Positions 1 to 11,959 of a DNA stretch of 64,000 nt are shown piece after piece (the first letter of the stretch is position 1; each line of letters opens with the position of its first letter). A program made the translations under genes and the position numbers. Location: positions 6,200,001-6,264,000 of the forward strand of contig CM114271.1 of NCBI GenBank assembly GCA_050084515.1, in the 5' to 3' direction. The notes under the pieces are model-generated. The model had not been told where the DNA came from and searched no databases. It was given only the letters and a program-made list of their open reading frames with translations. Source of the stretch: Blasia pusilla (Eukaryota).

Positions 1-3000
1 CGTGTAGTTGTAGTTGACCCTGAACTACCAGAGAAATGTTGGCCTGTTCTGGTGGTTGAAACAGGTGAAGGCGACAAGTTCGGTGGCACTACACAGTCTA
101 CTTGAAGACCATGGCTCCCACTACCAAGATCATGACTAGGTCCTGCAACATTCGGACCCGTTAAAAATAAAACCTGCCCACCTTTGTCTGTCTCACTTTG
201 GTCACAATTTCCGAGTCCAATCTCATCTTGCACAGATTCCAAGTTCTTTTCTTTCCTCATTGACTTACTCCCTGATTGTGAAGTCCCATGAGCAGTTTCC
301 TTAATTACCTTTGGCACAACTTCAAAAGGAAACTCCACACTAACCGAGACGCTTTTGGGGTCTTTGATTAAATCTGAAGTCAGAGGACTGGCAGTTTCTG
401 CTGGAGGTGCAAATTGATGATCTTCAGCCAATACAATCGCTGATTTCTGTGTAGAGCCACTGGCATTCTCGGCTGTTTTTAGGCGATATAAAGTTGACCT
501 CTTATGATTTTCAGCCTCAGAAACCAGACACTGCCTTCCTAGCATGGTTGTAACACGTGAGTAGTTGCGTTTGTTCTGTAGACCCAGCCGATTGAACACC
601 TGCATTCAGCATGGCACAAAAATGATCACTACAATGAAAATCAAATGGCCATAAAGAACATAAAGGGGTGTTTGAGTCTCTTCGACAAAATCCTTCTCAT
701 CTAGCTGACAAACCTGTTGAAAGTATGTCTGAAAGATGAACAAATGAGATCGGACTCTTCAGTTCTGAGAATTTGAAACAAAAAATGAGCTTTGCAGCCC
801 CCAAAAGAATACTTTTTAAGGGACAAAAGACATACCTACACTACCAGTAAATGAATGACCCATATTATTATGAATGGTACTAAGTCTGAGGAATAATGCT
901 CTAAACATCACCAGAACACATCAGCGATATACATGTGACAATCACTAAGCAAGACTTCAATGACGAGCAAAGAAGCGGAGAGCAATTGGAAGCAAATTCT
1001 AGTCTTCTCCTTGGAAAAACCTTGAGATGGACTGCACAGTTAGCATAAATACCCAACGTCTACGTAGACTACAGCCCACAACATCGGATAAGGTTGGAAG
1101 CATAAGAGTATTATGTGAATCTGCACTCACCTCCATCATCTGGACACCATCTGAACCTGACTGAGAGACAAGATCATAGATTTGCTGATCAATAGGAAGC
1201 TCCATTACCATTTCTGTAACCTTCTCATGTTTAAGACAATTCAAAGAATGCTCATTCTCAATCTCCTCATTTGTACTGCTGAGTGCCTTCATATCAAAGG
1301 ATTTCAGCAACCGAATACAAGTTTGAACCTGCAAGACCATGTATTTGCTTCAAATTTTTTTAATTCGAAAACAATTCCATCCCTGAAACTTTGATGACTG
1401 TGCCAGCTCTTCCACTTTCAAATACTTCTTTCTCCATAATTCACATGCAACAAGTGAAACGACCATGATCGCGGTTTTCATTTATCGCGGTTCCATATCA
1501 CCAAGCAGTGTTTTGACCTCCAGACTACCGGTAATATCAGCAGATCAGACTTTCACATGGTGGACAGTGTCTTTCAAGAGTGGGCCTGGCACAATTCTTC
1601 CAATTGAGCTCTCTAACCCCAAAATTTACCACCTACCATGCTGGCCTCAAAAAATCATTATGAGTAATTCCTACTGCATTTACAGAGCCCTCTCATCCAG
1701 TCACCAATTGCCTATCCAGTGAGAGGAGATGACCTTGCGTTCGACCTGCGCACTGAACACTTCCACGACTCCAGCATCTTCCAGTCTCTTTACTAACTGC
1801 ACAGAGCACAGATGAATTCAATATACAGTTAAAAAACTTACACCCCTGAAATTCCTTTTTCTTGGCTTTGTAAGAACTCTTAAAACTTTCAGTGGATACT
1901 CCTCGGAGAATTGTAAAGCCAACTCAACCTGTTAACACAAGTGGACACTCTCCTCCTGGTAGATCCTTTGCAACTAGCACTTCACTTAAATCCAGGCACT
2001 TCCTGTAATTATATTTCTATCAGATAATTTTGAGAAGACTACCACCAACATACCCTGCGCCATGCACGATGTCCAGCAGCCAACCGATATCCCAAGCTGC
2101 TTTTCAGGTCTGACACAACCAAAACCTTCACGGAATAACTTAACTCAATCAGCAATCACATATACATATTTTACAAAATAAACAACAATTTCAGAACAGC
2201 CTCCAAAACACAGATTTCACAACACCTTGAAGTTAGCATTGGATCGAGGTGAACATGGGTTACCAGGAACTAAACTGACCAAAGATGAATATTCCTGGTT
2301 ACATTGCTTCCAATCGACTCTGTACACCAGTGGAAGCTGTGAGTTTCACTGTGAATGTAACAGGGTAGACTAGTAAGTACCTTCCCTTCTGTCTCTTCAA
2401 GCCTTTGGCAGATAGCCTGCATTGCTGGAAAGTCATCTTTTATCACGTATTCCTTTCCTTTCCTTGGCTTTCCCATTTCTTCTCCCACAACATCGTCAAC
2501 AGCTGAATTGGGTGCATCTAGTGCATTCTCTTTTGTTGTATTTAAAATTTCAAATCGTTGGTGCGAGGACAGAGTCAAGTCTTTTGCATATCGAGTGAGG
2601 TGCAGTAGATTGGTGTTCACAATTGGAGCTTGTTTACTGTTCTCAGAATTTCCATTCGATGTGCGCACCAAAGTAGTCTGGCGCACTACAAGTCCTCGAG
2701 CTTCCAGCATCCTCACTAGGTAGAAAATTCTATTTCCAGCTACCTTAAATTCCTTTGCAAGCTGATTTTGAGTGATACCTTCGTTTCTGCAGAAGACAAG
2801 TCGACATGCTCAGTCAGTTTAATTATTTCGACCCACAACAGACAATTGAGCACCTCTTTCACAGACTCTAATGAAAGAAGGCAGGAAGAAAAAGAAATGG
2901 AAAAAGATCTTGAAATAACATGAGAAACATCGATTTCCAGTTCGTCGGAATACTAAGAGAAGTTGTTAAATTTCATCGTCGAAGTCAGTAGTGGCAAACC

Positions 3001-3647
3001 TGGACTTAGCAATTCGCTCCAGTATGTCACGTTGTTCTTTTGAGAGACGAGCGTCACAGACCTTCAAGTCGTACAGTCCCAGAGAACCGTCTCTTAAAGT
3101 ATCTGGGGCCACCAGACGCACCCTTAGCTTCTCTGCTTCATGCACAGCTTGGACTCTGGGATCTGAAGCGGGAACCCTTTGCGAATTCGAAAGTAGTACA
3201 ACCATTCCTGGAATTTCGATCAACTTCTGCCAAAGAAGTTGCTGTGACTGGCCAGCCATATTTATCCCTGTTCCGTTTCCAGAAGTTTGCAACAATGCTC
3301 GGAGTTTTGGTAGAGTGCATCCTGATTGCACACACGTAGGTCCAGCTCCGAATTTTCAAATTCGAATCCTTAACTTAAATTGCTTCCATTCCAGACTTCA
3401 CAAATTTGCACAGGGGATGAAGAAATGAGAATATCCTAACAACTTTCGAATTAACAATAGGAAACTTCCAAAGCTGTACCAATGTAAAAACTTCCCTCCA
3501 AGCTTGTCAAACTCAAATTGGCCATAGAGGACTGGTAATGAAGAGCAAAACAGTAGCGGAAATAGAATATCGGCGGGCTGAGAGAAAAGGACCTTCAGGA
3601 CCCTCTACTGCCACTTCCTGCAACGCGGCAGAGAAAAGGATGTCCAT
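1..3647 (-). CDS. General transcription factor IIIC subunit 1 (B-block-binding subunit), 5' part; gene continues beyond the left edge. Exons read: 3647-3593, 3321-3000, 2786-2381, 2125-2054, 1796-1734, 1328-1131, 599-<1
   Basis: GT-AG splicing joins the exons in frame: MDILFSAALQEVAVEGPEG/CTLPKLRALL...LERIAKSR/NEGITQNQLAKEFKVAGNRIFYLVRMLEARGLVVRQ (B-block-binding winged helix)...VKDDFPAMQAIC-like segment, VLVVSDLKSSLGYR...GHRAWRR, ELPIDQQIYDLV. These blocks resemble plant TFIIIC220/Tfc3 orthologues (recognised from memory, no search run). Confidence 0.88.
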
Positions 3648-4718
3648 TCCGCAGAAGACCCTTAACGAACGACACCGTCACACTTCTCGAGGCCAGTTAC
3701 ACCACACACACTTCGTCCTGATTGTTCCAATCGTACCCCATTCGGGAGAAGGTGAAATCGCATTTCACTAGCACCAGCATCACTCCTAATTACGCAGCTC
3801 TCTCCACCAAATTGACGATTGGTCATGAATGATGTCTGAAGATTCTCCCCTAACACATATACAGTCAACCTACGTTCTGTCCTCTGCTTCTCATGTTGCA
3901 ATCGCTACTTGCAAGCTTCACATCCCTGCCAACCAACTAAACTACACCCGATAGGCTCCTGATCAATTCTTACACAGTCTGACGAGCCTCCTAATTCCGC
4001 TCGAGTGTCCAAAAGCAGTCTCTACTGTTACCTTTGCCAGTCACTGCTCCATTGTCGGAATTTAACTTCCAAAAATTGGCGAAAATGTCACTGTTCTACT
4101 AAACCGAAATTCACCACAAGAGCCTCCGAAACCGCGCCATTGACTGCAAGTCGCAATCATGTTTCCTTCCTTCAACTGCACACAACCTTCATCGTCAATT
4201 ATGCACATTGATCTTCACAATACACAAGGAGATCGTCCGCCTTTTCATCATTCCTTCATCATCTGCTTGAAGATTCCTATCGTCTTCAATTACACCCCAC
4301 ACTAACGCGGAAATCACTTGTCTCCCGAAGCACAGAAGCTTCCGCAGAATTGATCATTCTCTCGCTCCCATGACTTCATATGTCTCCCTCTCCCTCTCTC
4401 TCTCAATACGAACGTATTCGTCTGTCTGAATGTGAATCTGTCTACAATATTCCCCAAAGAGAAGTAGTCCAGCGGTTCCGAACTTCGCGTTTCCTATTCC
4501 GTTTTTACCATTTCACTTCGACCCGTTCTTGGGGGACGAACCGCACCTTACACTGCCATTTCTTATTAGAGGCTTCAGTCGCCACACAAGAACCGAACTT
4601 ATTAGGAGAGAAGACAGTTGACAAATAACTATTTTTCGAATAAATAGTTTTTTTTTTCCACTATCTAATTTATACACTTGTCCTTCATACGAATATAATA
4701 ACTAATTCTCCTCTCAAC

Positions 4719-4830
4719 TTCCCCCTCTCAAACCAGCCACACATTGGTTTTCGGATGGTGCATATTTCAATCTCTTCCCCCTCTCAAACAAGCCACACAT
4801 TGGTTTTCGGATGGTGCATATTTCAATCTC
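4719..4830. repeat. Tandem duplication, 2 x 56 bp
   Basis: ttccccctctcaaac(c/a)agccacacattggttttcggatggtgcatatttcaatctc occurs twice back to back. Confidence 0.9.
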
Positions 4831-6526
4831 GGACTAATGATTTTCCTATCCATATTTATTTTTTGATGCCAACCTCAAGAACTTACACAAGTCTTTATAA
4901 CCTATCAATTCGATCCTACGGGTTGCAATGACTTGAGAGTGTTGAGCTATGATGTCGGTTGAGAATGTGTGATTTTTGGATGAAATATGAAACTGTAGTC
5001 AAATTTCCGACATGAAAACTAGGTTTTCTTTGTTGAATTTTAAAAGAAACCGGCTAGAATGACGAGATCGCTGATTGCCTTGAAAGTTCTCTCGGAAAAG
5101 AACCAATGTGCCTAAAAATCTTGTCCCAGCATTGGTGTTGAGAGTTTCCAATTTCTCATCGGAGTCTCCAATTTCCTATGGCGTCACAAGATTTTTGGCA
5201 TAAGAGAGGGGCTATTTCCTCGCCCCCTCCCCGACCTATTAGGTCCAATAGAAATTCGAAAGAATCGGCTGTGGTGTTGGAGGTCAAGGCCCTATTTTGT
5301 AGTCGAAAACCGATTGGAAACTTGTCAACATTATAGTACCGACTAGCAGTTCCAACTGGAAAGAGTTTTCTAAAACTCTCATGAGAGGCAACCCTTATTG
5401 AGGTTCATCTTTATGTTATTGAAAGAAGCTTCATTATGGGTGTGTAATATGGATATGGGAGGACCTCAACTTTTCATGTTGACTCTCAATACTTGATCTT
5501 TGGTTTTGTGTGCTCCATCTCCATCTCCACTGTTTATCTGTAGGTAAACCTCACTAGAGAAAAATGTACTTAGAACTCATTGCTTGATATCTTGTTTACT
5601 ATTAATGGATGATTAAGTAAGAGATTAGTAGAGGGGTTTAATAGTTTATTTGAAATTTTCTAGGTCCTCCATGGCAATCTTGCTCCTCCATGACAAACAA
5701 AATAGATTCTAGAGAGAAGGCCAAACTCAAATAAAGATGATATGTCATAAATTTGGGAATATATTTATGTGGATGTAAGGAGGAGATGGAAATTGGAGAA
5801 TGTAGAAAATTAATGAGATGCCCTAATGCAAGGGTTGATGGAGCGTGTCTTAAGAATTAGGACATCCACATTGGATACCTCGAGCATTTTTTTTCCTACT
5901 CTATTGTACGAATATACATCATTGACCAAAAAATTTGGTCGTCATCAACCCATTAATCCATCTTATGAAACCTATTATATATACACATGAATGATTAGGT
6001 ACATTTTGAGAAAACCCACTCTTTGAGAGATGAATTTATTCTTTTCATCTTTGGCTATGAGTTTTGTAAAAAAAAATACCTTCCAATGTTGTAGCACTAC
6101 ATTCTATGCTTAAATAAATTACGCATGCATATTGTACTCATAGTAAAGAGATATGAGTCAATACACTCCTAAGACAAGTGCATGATCTTAATATCAATTA
6201 TAGCTCACTCTTGATGGGAGATATATAAGTTTGATGCACCAACATAACCAAGATGCAATGTACCACAAATATCACTCATTGGTTTTGCCTATATGACTTT
6301 GATATCTGAAAATGAGCTCCAAAATGATCCTCATATAACACATTTTCCTTGAAACTCATCTCCTCTTAACCTCATTGTCCTAAGTCTAATTGCCAATGGA
6401 TATTATAACTGAAAATTTACCCCTAGGAGCTAGAATCAAGCATTATGGATAGAATCACTCGAACATATTAAACAAAAAATTTGTCACCTAATATATCTTA
6501 TGTTCACCCTTACTCTTTTTTCTATG

Positions 6527-6530
<4 letters not shown>

Positions 6531-6573
<43 letters not shown>
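6531..6573. repeat. (TC)n microsatellite
   Basis: Run of about 21 TC units. Confidence 0.95.
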
Positions 6574-6576
<3 letters not shown>

Positions 6577-8297
6577 ACAAACACACACAAGACTTGAACT
6601 CTTTCCACTACTTATGGATTAGAGTACCCCCACTCTCTCATTTCCTTCAGAAAGAAAGATGTATCAGTCCTAAGGTCTCCAGATGGAGGGGGGAAGGTCA
6701 TAAATGCATGAATATATGGACAACAAGTGCACATCCCATATATTCAACATGGGATGTGCACCAAAGCGAAACATCACAACTCTAGCGAACTCACACTATG
6801 ATGGAAATGCATGAGTAGAAGTCTTGCAAAAAGCCCAAAATTGTTGGAATGATAAATTGGATTAAGGGCCATAAGGAGCAACCTAAGAGGAATTTCTAGG
6901 CAAGCTTGGATGAATTTTTCTAGAACTATATCTAAAGAGGAGGGTCTCATTTTCTCTCAGAGGGTATTTGGAACTTCAACCAAAACTTGGGAAGCACGAG
7001 GGTTAACTAAGGATACGAGATGGATTGAGGGGTTGACTTAGGGGTTTTTATACCAAGCCAAGTCTAAGTAGTTAAATTATGGATGCTAACATAGGACCTT
7101 GATTCGCGATTCACGTATTGAATCCAAGTTAGAGACTCAATTGAGGTTTATTAGGTAGTTCAGACCATCAAGTGCACTAGCAATGTTTCATGTTACTAGA
7201 TTATTGAGAAAGTTTATTCCAAGTCCTAAATAACTTGCAAGTGTTGGGGTGAGAGGTTCGGTCAATAGTTGATCTCGTCTAGATTTGTTGAGCTTGGAGG
7301 AAAACTTAAGATCTAGACTTGGGAGATGCAAGACTGGATGACTCCAACAGGGCTAATGTGAGTGTTTTCGGATATAGATTAGTAAGGAAAGTATGACGTA
7401 CTGAACACATGCTTCCACTTCACACGATGTTTGTGGAAGTGTTTGCACAACATTGTCTCCCCCAAATTTGCATCCACGTAAGTGTCGAAACTCAATGGGT
7501 ATTCTAAAATTATGATCATATTATTAGTTTGTCTTATTACCTACTATTTTTTATTGTACATGCCATTTTGAAATTAATGATTTAGATTTGTGATTATTGG
7601 TTCATCCATATGTCATGGAATTAGTATGTGGTGACATTTGGACACATTGGCAAATAAGAAATAAAACTTGAATAATACTTCTATCCTCTCTTTACCATAA
7701 AATATTGGGAACTTGTTCAATTGTAATTGCACATGTTAAAATCCAAATTATCATTGGAGATTGCTCATTTGATTTTCAAACATATCTCCTCTTGACACTT
7801 ACCCCACTCTCTTAATAGGATCATTCTAGCTCTCCATGAATAAAAGCATTCAAAATTTGTTAGAGATATCAATTAAAAATTTTGAACCTTTATTAAATCA
7901 TTAAGAATTGCATAATTACAGATTATTGGTTTAAATTTAAATTACAAATTAAATTAGTAGGTACTAATTATAAATTATTTGGACACATTCACGGTTCAAA
8001 CCCATGCCCCATTCCCCAATATTAATCGATATCGATATTGGAGAGTGCCCCTTTATTTTGCAAACTCCTCTACTCTTGACACTTGGCAATTTCATCCAAT
8101 AAGATTGCTTGCCTTTTGAACCAATAGGAATTTTAAATTAATTTAAAATGGCATGTGAAAAATTTAAGAATTCAATAAGGAAGGTAATTTGAACTCATAC
8201 ATTGCATGGGTTAATTCAAAAATTCTTCACACCATTCCTTTTACAAAACTTTTTTAAACGAGTTTGAGACGTCGTAACTCTTTTTGATGGTTTTAAA

Positions 8298-10200
8298 AGC
8301 CCGACCCCATGGACATGTGTGGAGGTCATGAAGATCCCCATTTCAATGTCCAAAATATTCTATCAATAGATAAGATAACAAAATACACCTTTCTCCAATA
8401 ACTATTTCTAATCATAATCAGGAGATTCCCCATTTATGCGCCCAAAGTTTTGGACGATTAAAAACTGGCAACCCCTTCATGGTGTGCAAAGGGCCAAATC
8501 CCAAGTACACCAAGAATTGGAGACCATAGAGGTTTGCTAGTTTTTCTGGCCCAAAACCCGTGAGTGCAAAAGTAACCCAATGTCTTAAGAATGCAATCCC
8601 ATGGACAGGCGTACAGGTTGTCATGACTTTCATTTTTGCGTCCGACATAATTTACAAATGTATAATGTGACAAAATGCACCAATTTCTAATAATTGTTTA
8701 TGGTCATAACCAACTCAAGGTCTCCAGAACGCTTTGCCTTTTCTGTGCCCAAAACTTTTGGGTGTAGAAAAACAGACGACCCTCTATAGTCGCGAGTCCA
8801 TGGGTGTGCATTGGACCTGCCCCTGAGAGATGCGTCCCATGGATGAGGGTTCGGGGCGACAATGGGAAGTCGCCACTTTTTCTACTCCCAAAAGTTTTGG
8901 GCGTAGAAACTATCTGGCGTCTGGACAACCATAAGTAATGCATACCTGACAATTACTACGAATAACTAAGGTGTTTTCTTGGATTTTCCATCAAAAAATC
9001 ATTTGGGTGCAAAAATGAGGTCGCCGTGACCTCTACAGTGGTCCATGGGACTTGACTCTTATAGGGCAATCCCATGGACATGTGCAAAGGTCGCCGCAAC
9101 CTCCATTTCTGCGTCTGAAGTAACATACCAATGGATAATGAAACAAAATGGACCAGTCCCTAGTAACTACTCCTTGTCATAAACGGGTCAAAGTCGCCAG
9201 GATGTTGGGCAATTTCTACGCCTAAAAGTTTTGGGTGTGGAAAAACTGATGATTCTCTATGGTCGCCAGTTCCTCATGTCCATGGGATCAGGCCCTAAGA
9301 AATGACCCAATGTCAAAGCTAATTGGTCTCTTTATTATCGGAAGTAGTTGTTGCATTAGGGGGTCTCAAATTAGAGGCCGTAGCACCTGACGTCACATCC
9401 ATAACTTGTTGTACAGATTTATTGCTGGTTGAATGCAGGGTGTCGGAAGAGGTGGACGCGCACGTCTTACGACCAAACGTCAAGTCCCTCTTCCTGTCTA
9501 TTTAGGTTGCGCAATGTGCTCAGCACGACATGTAACAAAATTGAATATTCATGTATGTAAACGTAAGTCATCAATAATTTACCAAACGTAAGTCAAATAC
9601 CAAGAAGATGTCGCGCTACTATCCTATTGTAGCACCATATCCATTTTTATATTACTTTGGATTTCCATGGGATCGCGCTCTAAGGACCCAGTCCCATGCG
9701 TCCGACTTCCTTCACGGTCGCAATCGGGGTCGCTACGACCTTCGTGTAGCAACCGCAAGAATAGTGTTATTTTCTTCTAGCGGATTCCTAATGGGTGCTA
9801 ACAAAGTTGCACGTACTTGCACCGTGTGTTCTAACGGTGCGAATTTTGTTCAAGTCCCATGAATCTCATCCGTTGGATCAACCAAGGTGGGGAATCGTGG
9901 GGTTAGGTCCTGGCGACCTCGGCTGCATGGGATTGGGTCCTAAGAGCCCGTCCCCATGGATTCTGTGGCGGAATGTCCCACAGGGCCTTGGCCGAAGGTC
10001 CTATAATTGGTCCGGCGATACAACCAGTTTCATCCAGTGTCAGAGGCTTGCTCTACCGGTTTCCGACAATTGGTTATGGTGGGGCTTAAAAAATGACCAA
10101 CTATCATCCTTTTATTTCCCAAGGATTGTCTTTGATATTTCTGTGTTGTAAATTCAACAGCGCACAATGACCAAGGACCCACCTATGTTGCGTGAGATGA
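8298..10200. mobile_element. Head-to-tail array of about 7 related Tourist/PIF-Harbinger-like MITEs (mostly 230-260 bp, one about 380 bp; mixed orientation)
   Basis: Repeated junctions of the type ccatggga...ggtcc|TAA|gagcccgtccccatgg at about 8586, 8824 (TGA), 9060, 9296, 9681 and 9941. Units 8589-8823 and 9062-9295 align along their length, and 8827-9058 is the reverse orientation. The ends resemble the isolated MITE at 51472-51739. Outer boundaries are approximate. Confidence 0.62.
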
Positions 10201-10569
10201 TAATCGTTAATTGTACATAGGAAGGATCCCGCGAGGATGGAATTGCTTCATGGAACCTACTCTAAGTCGCCGCCCCAAAACATCTCTAACCCAAAAGTTC
10301 TTATAACCATGCTCATTCGTTCCCGGTTGCCCCGGTCACCTCTGCCCGCGGATGTCGGGCACCGTCATCTCTTGTGACAGAATTCAGTCGCCGCACAAGA
10401 ACCTCACCGAGACCCCTCTTATGACTTCTGAGTCTGAGGCAGTCCGTTTGTGCTCTTGTAGCGTACTGGATGTCCTCTGAAACAAGGAGTTGTGACCAGA
10501 ACCGTTGGATTGAACCAGATGAACGGCTCACGATGGCAGGGTCCCGTCCCATCGTTTTCGGCCCTGCAC

Positions 10570-10578
10570 AAACCCTAA
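10570..10578 (+). promoter_or_regulatory. Telo-box (AAACCCTAA) in the RPS24 proximal promoter/5' region
   Basis: Exact AAACCCTAA about 140 bp upstream of the ATG, followed by a pyrimidine-rich tract. A reverse copy (TTAGGGTTT) lies at 11050-11058 in intron 1. Telo-boxes are typical of plant ribosomal protein genes. Confidence 0.6.
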
Positions 10579-10712
10579 TGCAGAGGCACGCCATTCTCCT
10601 TTTGTTCTCAGAAGTGCGCTCTCTAACCCCTTTCTCTGAGTCGCTGTTTTTCCTCGTCTTCCCTCGCAGCTGCTACAGCAGGACTACTGCAGGCACTTGA
10701 CATAGAGACGCG

Positions 10713-11959
10713 ATGGCGGACGCCAAGGCCTGCACCGTGCGTACGCGCAAGTTTATGACCAATCGGCTACTTGCTCGCAAACAATTTGTAGGAGCACGGC
10801 TCTCTATTTCTCTAGTCGTCACTTTTCTTTCATGTGATGGTTTGCAATGTCTAGAGTGGATGTTTTTCTAGTTCGATAGGTTGGAAAGCTCTGCCGTTCT
10901 CTTGGTATGATCGCTGACGGAGGACAGTTTGCGGACATTTGGTCAGGTCATGTAGTCGTGTACAGGTCCATCGCATAGGTCTTGTAAATGTTAACAGATT
11001 CCGACTCGTGTCTGGTAGTATTCATTGTCTGGTGTTCATGTCACGTCGATTAGGGTTTCTGAATCTGTGGTAGTTGTTTAAACGGACAGGTGATTGATGT
11101 GCTACACCCGGGGAGGCCAAATGTCTCCAAGGTAAGCCCTTCAACTTGTTCTACGAACTCATGTAAAAACTTTGAGCGTAGGAATCTACCAGATAATCAC
11201 CTCGGCATCTTCCTCGAGAGTTTACTTCTCACCTGAGAATTTCAGTCCCTTAGTTCGTAATCCGCCCTATTTGCGCAGTTAACCTATGTGTCCGAATCAA
11301 ATAAGGTGCAAGACAACCTTAGTACAATCAAACAATGTGCAAGACAACGTTAGTAATTCGTGGCAGTTGTCTCTTCTTTGTTCTTGATGAATTCTACATT
11401 TAGGCTGAATTGAAGGAGAAGCTGGCCAAAGTATACGAGGTGCGCGACCCCCAGACCATTTTCGTGTTCGGATTCCGCACGCAATTTGGAGGTGGCAAGT
11501 CCACTGGTTTTGGCCTGATCTACGACAGCCTCGACTCAGCTAAGAAGCACGAGCCCAAGTACAGATTAATCCGGGTATGCTCCCCACTTAGACTCTCGAT
11601 CTCTTGCTATGATCATATTTTATGCAGCTTACTGTAGCCCCCAATGAACAACGTTTTACGGAGCCTAAATCGTCCTTCCTCTCAACAGAACGGACTCGCC
11701 ACCAAGGTTGAGAAGTCTAGGAAGCAGGTCAAGGAGAGGAAGAACAGAGCTAAGAAACTACGGGGAACGAAGAAGGTATGTTTTACTTTTCCCAACTCCT
11801 ATTGTAGTACATTGCGAAGATTTTCGGACAACCAATGATAGGCATAGAAGATGATCATCTGTGGGCTAATATCAGAATTAGAAATGGTTGCAAGCCTAAC
11901 GTATTCTTCTCATTTTGCAGACCAAGCAAGCAGGAGACGCATCTAAGAAGAAGAAGTAG
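10713..11959 (+). CDS. RPS24: 40S ribosomal protein S24 (eS24), 137 aa; exons 10713-10787, 11090-11131, 11404-11574, 11689-11775, 11921-11959
   Basis: Spliced translation [137 protein letters not shown]. All introns are GT-AG. Confidence 0.97.

Noticed and set aside
10830-10920. Possible intronic C/D snoRNA in RPS24 intron 1 (GTGATGG ... CTGA)
   Set aside because: Box C is imperfect, there is no clear terminal stem, and I could not identify an rRNA-complementary guide.
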